Shown: positions 47,579-58,536 of the stretch, piece after piece
Layout: every line of letters begins with the position of its first letter
Numbering within the stretch: position 1 is the first letter of the stretch
From: Setoptus koraiensis
Taxonomy: Eukaryota > Animalia > Arthropoda
Assembly: GCA_048013815.1 (NCBI GenBank)
Contig: CM106586.1
Span: 19,406,001 to 19,470,000 of the forward strand
Length of the DNA: 64,000 nucleotides
Reading direction: 5' to 3'
Notes under the pieces: generated by a model
Seen by the model: the letters and a program-made list of their open reading frames with translations, nothing else
What the model was told of the DNA's origin: nothing
The model's database searches: none
Made by a program: the position numbers and the translations under genes

Positions 47579-47809
47579 TCATGGTCCAGTCGACTTCAGT
47601 GGCTTTCTTTTTCCAGGCTTGGCCTTAGCACCCAGCTTGAGCAATAGCCTGACTTTGGCTTCCTGTTTATCCTTTGTATCGAGACCATGCATTCCATATT
47701 TGAAAACTTCATGAGATAACTTCTTGAAATCCGGGTTCGCAGACTTGTTAGATTGTGAGCGTTGCGCGGTTTTCTGACCATGGCTTGAACTTCCATGCTT
47801 TTTTGGCAT
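47579..47809 (-). CDS. FSAF1: FSAF1/C1orf131 (DUF4602)-like 40S assembly factor, 76 aa
   Basis: DFKKLSHEVFKYGMHGLDTKDKQEAKVRLLLKLGAK resembles the remembered core [34 protein letters not shown]. ATG start, intronless. Confidence 0.7.
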   Translation of the reverse strand: MPKKHGSSSHGQKTAQRSQSNKSANPDFKKLSHEVFKYGMHGLDTKDKQEAKVRLLLKLGAKAKPGKRKPLKSTGP

Positions 47810-48330
47810 TTTGCCCCTAAACTAGTGATTGTTAGGGCTCCGATTGGGCAAGTCCTTGTTTAGAAGAAAATCATAAATACATTACTGTTAGAAGTTTATT
47901 CCAAAACAAACAAAACAAATGATGATAGATGTGAAACATCTGAGAACCAAGAGATGGCTCATGGCCGAAGTTCATCGAATGAACTTCATTCCAATATGGC
48001 CTGGTTGGTAAGCGTCTTAGTGGCGCGCTATTCAAAGCGCTAACATTTTTATTGCGTGAGATTTTTCCAATGCATTCAGAACGGTTTATAAAAAGAATCG
48101 CCAGAGGCGCTAGCAATGTTAAAGAGATGTGCAACCAAGCATAGATGATACATTGAAATATTTTATTTTGATTGCTCGCTCTTGGGCGGGCTAAAATGCC
48201 AACAAACGTTTATTCATGCATGGTGGCTATGCATCTCTCGCGCGTAGCTAGCGCCCCTGGCGATTTTTTTTGTAAGCCTGAGTAGAGATATTAGAACAAT
48301 CTCACTCGGTGGAACACAGTGGAGATCGTG

Positions 48331-48494
48331 TTTGTGCGTATCCTGGTCAGTTGTGTGCAGGCCTTCTGAATGTTGCGCTCAAAGTGTATTCAACAATACA
48401 GGCACAAACCAATATAAGCTGGTATTTTGTGCTATTCGACTACACATGCATCGCACAGACAGGTCTTTGTGCGTGTGCACAGAAAGTGCAAAAG
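48331..48494. repeat. Dispersed element copy 2 (paralog at 44036-44197)
   Basis: Same conserved blocks and spacing as copy 1, with one 2-nt indel. Confidence 0.85.
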
Positions 48495-48653
48495 AAGTGA
48501 CATTGCACCTAGCATTGTGTGAGTGTTCAATACATTTCCGGCATCAGTACAGTTGTTTGTCCACTCAGATTCTATGACCATTTGTACACTAACATTCAAC
48601 AAGGAAACTCACCAGTCATCGGTCCCAAATTTAGATCCCATATTTACAGCAAT

Positions 48654-50683
48654 ATGTCGCCCTCTTCCGTTGCAAAGAATGCATTGCGGTTCACAACAGT
48701 TGCCAGAGTCAAGAATTTGTTCTTAAAAGGCGTTCTAGGTGTATATATAGCCGCTTTTGCCTCGTTATATGTACAAGTTCAGGCGCTATTTGGTGACAAC
48801 GGCGTGGTACCTGTCAAGGATTTTGTGGTGTCTGGTAAATTCGGCAAAATCAAGAATTCATTGGACTCATTCAATTTGGTATTGTTGGCGCCATTGTTCA
48901 AGCTAGACTATGGAACATTTATTGAGTTATTGTGCCTGTTGGCCATCGCGGTGGCTTTTGTCGGCCTGTTAACACGTCGTGTGTCAACAACGTTGCCATT
49001 CATCTTTTTATGGTACATCTATTATTCAATAGTTCAAGTGGGCCAGGGATTCATGACCTTCCACAGCGATTTACTATTACTAGAGGTTGGATTTTTGTCA
49101 ATATTCCTAGCGTCAGTGTTGCCCCAATCAAGAGGCCAACAAAATGACCACGACCACCTGACATTCTTCCTCGTTCGTTGGATGGTGTTTAAATATTTTG
49201 TCGTGGATGTTATCAGTGCCTACACAGACAACGACAATGCCTATTACGATTTGTCAATATTGCCCAAAACAGCCCAGGCTGCACCAATTCCATCGCTAAT
49301 TGATTGGCACGTATTTAATCTAAATAAGGACGTCTACCAACTGCTGACCGCCTTTGGATGCACCCTCAAACTCACGGTGCCATTCCTGTTCTTTGTACCA
49401 CTCAAGCACGTCAGACTGTTTGCATTCTACACAATGGTAATTATAACTTACATATCTCATTTCATTGCACCATCCTAAATGTCACCATATTCTTCAGCTA
49501 ACTCTTGAATCTCCTCTCTATCTATCTACAACAGCTATCTTTTTGCTTGTTCTACACAGCAACTCTCGGATTCGGATGGTTCCACATTCTCTTAGCTGTG
49601 GCTTTGTTATCCGTACTTAGGGACGCCTATCTATTCAACGACAACAGAGTCAAATACTCAAAATCGAAGACACTATTAGATTTTGTCGTTTTGTTCGCTT
49701 ACATCGCAGCCATCACCTATCTAACAGTCGACTTATTCGGAATAGCTTACGTCAAAGGTGCTCTTAGCTTCAAGGTGCACTTCAACCCGAGCCACTTCAG
49801 AGGATTGCTGACATATCTGATACCGGCCGCGGTTGCAACAGGACTTCTATCTTTCTTCGCCAACTTCTACAAGACATGGTTTGGAGCAGGAGGCAAGACC
49901 CCACTAGTGAAGAATCTCTTATATTCAGCATTCGCGTTAGTAATCTTTTTGGCTAGCTTTCAATCTCTCATCAGATATCACCAGCCCACTGAGAAACATG
50001 TGAGCCTAGTAACTCGTGATGTTCACCAATACATGGCCCCATTGAAGGTTTCCAACAATTATGTACTTTTGAGCAAAGTGTCTCAGTTTTATGCCAATGG
50101 TAGACCAGAACTCTTGATACAAAGCCGAGCTAGCCCAGAGGCGCAATCGTGGGACTTGTTCGACTTGCGCTACAAACCAGGATATCAAGCTAAACCTCTG
50201 TCATTCGTCAATCCTCATCTACCTCGCTTGGACATGAAAATGTGGTATGCTGCTCGTTCAGGACTTGCTAACAACCAATGGCTATACACCTTTGTTTACC
50301 GTTTGGCAACGAGCGACAAAGATGCCCTGAAGGCCATTTCTCCTCATACCTACATTAGCAAGGCTCCAGCGCAAATTCGCGTTGCTTTGTATAATTACAA
50401 GTTTGCCCATGCATCTAAGCCCACTTCGAAAGATGGCTACTGGGCCGAAACAAAGTTCGTCAGTGAATATTTACCAACCACCACTGCTGAGGCTCTTAAG
50501 ACTAACGTCAAGGCTAATGGAATCAACTTGGGCACTTCGTCCAGACAAAAGAACGATGGATCACCTGTAGATTTATTCAAGGAATATCTAGAATTGGCAA
50601 GTGACTATGCCAGAACTGTAGATCAAAGATTGATCATTTGGACCATCTTCGTTGGATCATCAATTCTTACATTACTCAGATGA
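48654..50683 (+). CDS. LMF2: Lipase maturation factor family ER membrane protein (LMF2-like), 2 exons, 643 aa
   Basis: Exons 48654-49436 and 49535-50683 (phase 0, GTAATT...AACAG). AFASLYVQVQALFGDNGVVP, YYSIVQVGQGFMTFHSDLLLLEVGFL, GRPELLIQ, PHLPRLDMKMWYAARS. Confidence 0.9.
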
Positions 50684-51990
50684 GAGTGTGGCCAATAAAC
50701 AGAACCCCTGGCTATCATTTGTAACTTTATTAGGAACACATTTTTCACCATTTTTTATCAAAATTCAGTCCTGAAATTGGACTTTAGGGATGGGCACACA
50801 ATAGCTCGGAACAATTACACTACTCGAACACCATACGTGCTCATCTGACAGATAGGTTTTGTTTGTAATGTCACCTAGATGAACTATTTATGTATATCAA
50901 ATACTACAGCAGGGTCAATAGTAACAACAGCAACAACAAGCCAACATTAATCTATTTTAACCTAACCAACCCAACTCATAGAACCTAATGATTATTCACA
51001 CAACAAGGAGGAAAGAAGAACTCTATCAAATGCGTAATATATTGCAGATCCTGGAATACGATAGGATTGACTGAATGAACAGTTGACCTTGTCAATTATT
51101 CTTCTCAGTCAATATTTATATAGATTATTAGTTTTTTGTTCACATATCAACTAATATTCATCTATTATTTATTCGAGGCATAACAAACTGAGACACCGGG
51201 TAACAATTAAGCCAGCAAAGTTTTCGGCACATTCACTCTCTGCACCACCAACAATAGCTCACAAGAAAACGATTGAGTAATTGAATTGAACAATGTGATG
51301 AACATTAATAAACTCAAACAAATAAACAAGTGACTAATTAAGGCATCTGAATGCGAGTATGTAAATTCATGTTAAATTGAACAAAACTTCGAAATTGACT
51401 TTTTACAGGCAAAACTAGTAGAGTTACATATCGAAATATGAAAGGGTTTGTTAACACGTTGATTGGAAGCTGCAGACAAGCGATACAGAAACTGTATAGT
51501 CTCTTTAGTTACTTTACCGTGATATATTATCCTTTTTAGATTAATGGCGATCGATCAACGTGCTAAGCGCTCGATTTCAAATATTTGCCTACTTTCACAG
51601 GTGCTTTACAGTGCTGGTTGATGTTTTGTTGATTGTAGCCTTTGATCAATACAGATATTCAATGAAACTGATGTCAACTATGCTACAGATGCAGAGCTGA
51701 CAGCAACATTGTCATCGCAATCGGATATTTATCAATTCATTGTTCAACCTTTAACATCATATTTATACCTTGATGCTCTTTCGTTTTCTGCACACTAGGT
51801 CAAAAAAACTCGAGCTTTACGTCATTCGACTGACACGAGACCAGATATAAACCAACTGGAGGAGAAAAATAGATACATTGAGTATGCCAGCAGCAACTCA
51901 TCTACGCCATGATCCCAAATGATTGGACGGTGTTGTTGTTTGTTTTTAGATAAACTACCATTCATATTTGTCGGATGATCTCATCGTCCA

Positions 51991-51994
<4 letters not shown>

Positions 51995-52084
<90 letters not shown>

Positions 52085-52090
52085 CTCTCT
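51995..52090 (+). repeat. (CT)n microsatellite
   Basis: About 96 bp, with one C>G interruption near the end. Confidence 0.95.
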
Positions 52091-53287
52091 TTAGAACTCA
52101 CTCACACGTCAACATTTGTTGTCTAAGTTTGTCATACAGATGTCATGTTGATCTGATTAATTAGAATAGATAATTGTTATCTATATATAACTTGGTGGAG
52201 TGGGCACAGTTTTGTTTCTTGTTCTTGACGAACAACAACAATATCGAGAGAGCAAGCAAGACTGTGCTCCTATTTATAGAAGAATAGTAGACATATGCTT
52301 CGCAAGAGGCAGAGGATAGAAAGAAACAATTGAAATAGATGAATGCTACCATTTCTATCGACATTCAATGCGACAAACAAACAAAAGCGCTGAAAGAATT
52401 TGATTGGAATCATTATAGAAACAAAACTAAGCAACTAAGCATCACATTAGATTCCCAATTGAAAACAAGGGAAGTCTTGCCAATTGTTTGTGCCTAATCA
52501 AATGATTATAATAGTGTGCACCCTTCAAATTGAATTATAATTGAAATTGGGCCAAGTGAAATAGAAATAAAGAGTTATGAATAGTGGCAGTAGGTGTAGA
52601 TGTAGATCATCCATAATCAAAAACGCATCGCCAGTCATCTGGATTGGCCCCACAAACAAACTAATTGAAGTAATAGAGGATAGATAATATTAGTGATAAT
52701 AATCCAGGTAAGTATAACATGATAGTTTTTACACTATTTCAATATGCTATAGATTATAAAAGTTTTTTTACTGTTAGCATGCATGTTTAACTACCGGTGG
52801 ATGCATTTAGAGGAAGCTGCTGTTGTAGTTGTTGTTGTTGCTGCTTTTAGTGTATCGCGCATTCATTACGATGCGGAACAATGAACGGTTGACTATTAGT
52901 AATGAAGGTCACTCCGACGATCATAATGATGTTGTTGTCTTTTTCACGTTTCATTGTAATGTTTTCATCGCAACACAATCGATTGGTTCTGCGTGTATGG
53001 TTATTTTAATCACTACTAATTAAGTTATACAGTTATGAGTTATAATAGTTGCCGATGCTGGTGTTGCTGGCTCGATACAGTTATTATAGTATTTGTTAGT
53101 TGTTGTTATTTTTATATAAAATGTCATTCATAATGTTATCTGTGTCTCTCCCGCTTTCTCTATTCATTAATGACATGTTGTTGTTGCCACTACTTGATGA
53201 GCATACACAGGTGCATATGCTTATTAGTCTCGTGTGCTATTAATTAATTGATGACAAGGTTCAATCAATAAATCCATGGAACCGAAG

Positions 53288-53319
<32 letters not shown>

Positions 53320-53707
53320 TAGTCGACTAATCAGAATGTGAGAATATGTATGAACACATCTACACAAAATTGTGCCCAATTAGTTTAGTCGACAGTCTGA
53401 TTTGGTCTGACTGATTGCTAGGCAGACTTTGGGAAGAATTAGGACAATCGTTGGCATTTTGAGGGTAACCTAAATAGTATAACAACACTATGCGTCGACT
53501 CTTCATCCTTTCATTCGACAACTTGCAGCACCAGCAGATTGAGACACAATCATCAAACACAATTCAGCACTTGAGTGATGAGAATTTACAATATTGTTGT
53601 CATTATTATCTTAGGTTTAGATGACCCTCTGTGCAACTAGTCTAACGAAAGGCTCCAACAGCAATTAAGCAAACAAGATTCAACCGGAACCTCAGCGATC
53701 GGATATA

Positions 53708-55267
53708 ATGTCGCATTTATTAGTTGTCAGCAACACCAACGTCCATCGAAGAGATAGCCAACTGTCCATTGGATCACCAATCAATAACCGAAAGAGTCAC
53801 GCGTCATCGTGTAAAACTAATGAAATAACAGAATCTAATAGGAATAAGCATCAAATAGGCATTAATTTATTTTCAGCAGCACTAGTCGCAATATCAATAT
53901 TTTTTATTAATCTCAATGGTAATTATTACGCGCACAAAATATGAATGCTTTATTACAATGATCATTGATCGATTGATCATGACTGTTTGATCAACTTTAT
54001 ATACTGATGAGAATTTCGATAATGGCTTGACTGAATGATGACTAAAATTGTATGTCTCACTGTATTGTGCCCAATAAATCATCATGTAAATGAATAGTTG
54101 TAACTAGGGCCAACGAGGAGCATGCTGCTCACTGGTCCTATATGGACCAGAAGACATGGAATGAAACCTATCCCCAGTGCGTGAAAAACGGCCGCAGACA
54201 ATCTCCGATAAACATCATCACTGGCGAGGTGATACCGGCCCCACTAAATATTAGCCTAATCAATTACGACCAAGAGGTCGAATTTAAAATAAAGAATACG
54301 CATCACTCAGGTAGGACACTTGAGATCATACAGCGACTTGAGATCATTCACTTGTGTTCAATTAGAACGCGAGTAAATGTCATGTCGAAAATCATGCCAA
54401 AAAAAATCATTGTTCACATTGATCGTTCGTGCATGCCAATTATCCGTTTCATGCCGTCACTATCTTGTCTCATCAACGTGCCCTCTAATAGTCAGCATGC
54501 AGCCAGTTGCTCCCAATCCGGATATGGCACCCATGCTCAAACTAAACTGGCTCAACGAATCTGAGGCCGAATTCGAGCTAGTCGACATACATTTTCATTG
54601 GGGCGATCACAACAAGAAGGGCTCCGAGCATTTGTTGGACGGCGAGCGGTTCGAGGCGGAGGTGAGTGGATCGAGGATGCGAGCGCACAAATGTGTCAAG
54701 TCACAATTATTCCGATAATAATCATTTAACTTGTTATTTGATCCTCTAGATGCACATGGTTCATTTCAGGAAAGGCGTGAACCATAGTCAAGTGGGCTCA
54801 ATACCAAACTCTCTGGTGGTCATTGGGGTCTTCATAAAGGTAAATATCATCATGATACTATTCCATCTAGACTCGTGCATCTTTTTATCTCGCATAACTC
54901 ATATCGACAGACTATATTGCCGACAATTGTGTACTCCCGTTTTATTAGTCTGAGCCCTCGGATAATAACAAATTCAGCGGTATTGTTTGGGGAACGCAAA
55001 AGGTCAACGGAACAGACGAGCCGTACACAACGGAAAACAACGACATTATAAATTTGTTGCCCAAAAACACCAAAGACTTTTATACCTATCAGGGATCCTT
55101 GACAACTCCTCCGTGTTACGAAATAGTCACATGGGTGGTGATGGCCGAACCGGTTTATATGGGCCGCAATCAGGTTGGTGAGGTGCCATTGAGAAATGGT
55201 TGATTGCTCAGCTGACGTAACGAATGTTTTACTAAAATTGATTCATCTTTTTCCTCTAATCTCTTTT

Positions 55268-55340
<73 letters not shown>

Positions 55341-55689
55341 ATCTATTGTGTAGCTGTCGGAATTGGCCGATCTGTACGCAGATGAGCACGACAAAGGCAT
55401 GAAAAGGATTGCGCCCAATTTCAGAGAACCCAATGAACTGTCCGGTCGAAAAGTGTATTCATCCATGTTTGCCAACGCCACTGATACCGATCCACATTCA
55501 AATGAAATTCCCCAATCGGGCAACAAAACAGATCAAAAGAAGATACATCCACAAAATATCAACATACAAACTATCGACAACAAAAGATTGTCTCAGGTGC
55601 TCAATCAATTGGGAAGACAGGCCAGCATTTATCGTAGGAATAATGGTCGAGGTCGCAGCCGCGCCAACGGCAGACGGCGCCGGTCTTGA
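53708..55689 (+). CDS. Alpha-carbonic anhydrase with N-terminal hydrophobic anchor, 6 exons, about 414 aa
   Basis: Exons 53708-53918, 54098-54310, 54492-54661, 54750-54839, 54949-55173, 55354-55689; phases close (1245 nt). HWSY, RQSPINI, NTHHSV, DIHFHWG (two Zn His), GSEH, EAEMHMVH (third Zn His), YTYQGSLTTPPCYEIVTWVV, NFREPN. Exon 1 is the least certain. Confidence 0.92.
55269..55340 (+). repeat. (GTTGCT)12 hexamer repeat in the last carbonic anhydrase intron
   Basis: Perfect run ending 13 nt before the acceptor at 55353. Confidence 0.95.
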
Positions 55690-56513
55690 TCTATTCGCCG
55701 GTATAATCATGTTACGCTTGTGTGATAATGTAATTGTAATTTAAAAACAAATGAACGATCGACAACAACAACAACCTAGACAAACCAAAGAGTTACATTT
55801 GTGCCTCGGTTACGGCATATCGACCGCTTGTTAGACTGGATACTGCAGACGAACAAACAAAATTATAAATTGCAACCTCACCTCGTTATTAGTTGACAAG
55901 TGCAGCTTGTTATATACCAATACCAGTTGCCAAATCTCATCTCACAATAAATTGTCAGATAAAATAAAGATATGAATGAGTTATGTTTATCATTTGTCAT
56001 TTGTATTCATGGCTGTTTCTATTGTTACATCTGATACCATCGTAATGATAGTGATCTCGCGCCCTCGTTATGCAACAGGCATGCACGGGGGAGTTTCTCA
56101 ACTGATGTGTCATCAATTTGATAGCCATGAAATGGCTTTATCAGTTTGCAATCGCGCGCTCAAAGTGTCGCTGGCGCTTTTGTTTGGGATAATCTGATTT
56201 GCTCCTTCAAAAGTCAACGTGTAAATATGTATAAATATTTATGAATATGCATAAATGTTCGTGCTGATAGAAAAATTTATCTCACTAACAACATTGACTT
56301 GACAAGATCGACACAATTCATTTGTTTCACTAGTATATTATAATTAGTATATAATTTGAATTCACGGCTAGTTTGAGACAGCTCAAAGTTTTAACAATTT
56401 CGCTCTCCTAATCCTAATTATACCTACTAATTATTCGTGATAATTTTTGTCATTCCATTACATGTTCTACTCACAATAAAGCCAAAGACTTTTAGCGCAC
56501 TCTATACATTGTA

Positions 56514-57000
56514 ATGTCTAATCGTGCAGCTTGCCTGTCGGACAAGATTCGTTTGACAGAGACGCGCAATCATGGCAATTCAATCGCCAGCCGAGACCCA
56601 ACTGACGATTGCCACCAGGACAAGTGTGCCATATGCCTGTCGGAGCTGGATGGCAAGGCAAAAATAAGTCAGCAATCATGCAATCATTCGTTCCACGTGC
56701 GCTGCATTGGGCGCTGGCTGTCCCAGGTGAGCAATAATTAAACAACGCTCACCTGTACAATGTTTCCTCTTACATAATCGTGACAATAATCATTTGTTTC
56801 TCTTTACTCCGAAGCGCAACACATGCCCCGTGTGCCGGGCACATTTAGGCGCGGCAACTGCGATCACATCAACACTTGATCGATATTTTAGTAATACAAC
56901 AAGATCTGAAACATCGGCCAGGAATAGAAGCATCTATGCAAATTCGAGGCGTCGCTTGAGAACCAGGGCGGCGCTACTGGAACTGCGTTTTTATTATTAA
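56514..57000 (+). CDS. Small RING-H2 finger protein (putative E3 ligase), 2 exons, 132 aa
   Basis: Exons 56514-56726 and 56815-57000 (phase 0, GTGAGC...CGAAG). The joined sequence CAICLSELDGKAKISQQSCNHSFHVRCIGRWLSQRNTCPVCR is a complete C3H2C3 motif. Confidence 0.85.
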
Positions 57001-58536
57001 TAATCTCACAAGCCTGACTCAAAGTTTCCGGTTTTGTTTTGGGTAAAAAGGGGCGCGTTGGACCCGGTTAACCCAGCTTCATTGACGGTTGCTGACAATA
57101 AACGGAAATAAACATAGTGCTCGTGTTATTTCACTCTGAATATCCATACTAACACTTGTAAGCGTAAAACGCTAATTATGCATAACTAGCGTGATGACCT
57201 GCATCCAATAGATTTCATTGGGGGCCGAAAAAGCACATTGATTGTGTCACCGTTCGCCTGTGCTGGACAGTAACTGCCAGAGTGGTGTGCCACTGCAATC
57301 ATTTGATTCAAGCCATTACGACATTTTTGGGCCCTTTTTTAGGTTGAATCTGCTCGGTCTTTAGGCCAATTAGGGCCAATGAGGGCCCTCCATTAAAAAG
57401 GACACAGAGGCTGTAAAGGCCCGATTTGGCTTTTATCCCAATACAAATTTCACAAATGTCAAATGGAGGGTTAAACCATGGAAAAGGGTTCAAACAATTC
57501 AAATGGGTTTCAACCATTCAGGCGGGCCCGACAAGTGAGAGAGACGGAGAGCTTTAGTTTAGCGATGCAATCAGAATGGCAACGCTACATCGCGAGATTG
57601 CATGTGAGAATAGCTGGACTATTTGAAAGGTTTAGTCAGCGTGCGATGCTGTAATGGCGTTGTTACACAATCACTGTGCCAGAGTGATGTGATTGTCAGC
57701 GACAGTCATGACAGTGATTGTGGCATGTCTCGCGAGTATGGCGCGACGTAACAATGACAAAGTTCAGCGCCAAATAACGATCGCATGCCTATTATCCCAA
57801 TTAGGCATCGGCCGATGTGACTTGATTGGGCATGAATAATTGGTTGACATAGTGACGGCGACGACAAGCGCGCAGTTGCATAAGTGAGTTGTAAATTGAG
57901 CCAAGTTGATTAGCTCTCGCCAGGGCTCTCGTCAGGCACATAAGCAAGCAAAAACAAAGATAAAACCAAAGTACGGCACGATATGGGCACAAGGTGCATG
58001 AAAGGTTGTGCCCGTCCTTCTGTCAGTGCTGCTGTTGCTGCTTCCGCTTCCAAGTGTTACGAGCTGGCGAGCTGGCGAGCTAGCGAGCGACGCTCGGGAT
58101 GTTTCGCGCTTTCCGAGAACGAAACTCGCTTTGTGGCTGGTCGTTTGTTTGTTTGTTGCTAAATTGGGAAAGCGGTTGAAGGAAATAAGCAAACAGGTCT
58201 ACTTGAATGTCACGTCAGGATAATTTCTTCCTGATATCAATTCATTAGTAGCATCGGCTATTAATAACGAGCTAGCGAGACTAAGCACGTTATCTAACCG
58301 CCAACGACACAGCCAGCGACAGAGCCAGCGACAAAGATGGAAAGACGGCTGCCAGGTCCGTTTATGTGCTCAATGCGTTCTCAATAACTCTCGATATCAC
58401 TCTCAATAGCTCTCAATAACAAACACAAGAGACAGCTCGCGCTAAGACAGCGTTACACGGTTTGCAAGTTTTGCACTAATATTATTATCTTGCTACAGCC
58501 AAGGTCGAGAGCCAGTTGTTGTTGTTGTTGTTGTTG

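Noticed and set aside
47871-48190. Minus-strand open frame with a hydrophobic segment upstream of FSAF1
   Set aside because: No ATG before the hydrophobic stretch and no recognised motif; lies in a divergent promoter.
51520-51912. Receptor-like peptide fragments (LMAIDQR, LLIVAFDQYRY)
   Set aside because: Different frames, multiple stops, and too short to distinguish from chance.
57322-57345. GGCCCTTTT as a histone-type stem-loop
   Set aside because: The 3' arm (TAGGTT) cannot pair, and there is no histone gene nearby.
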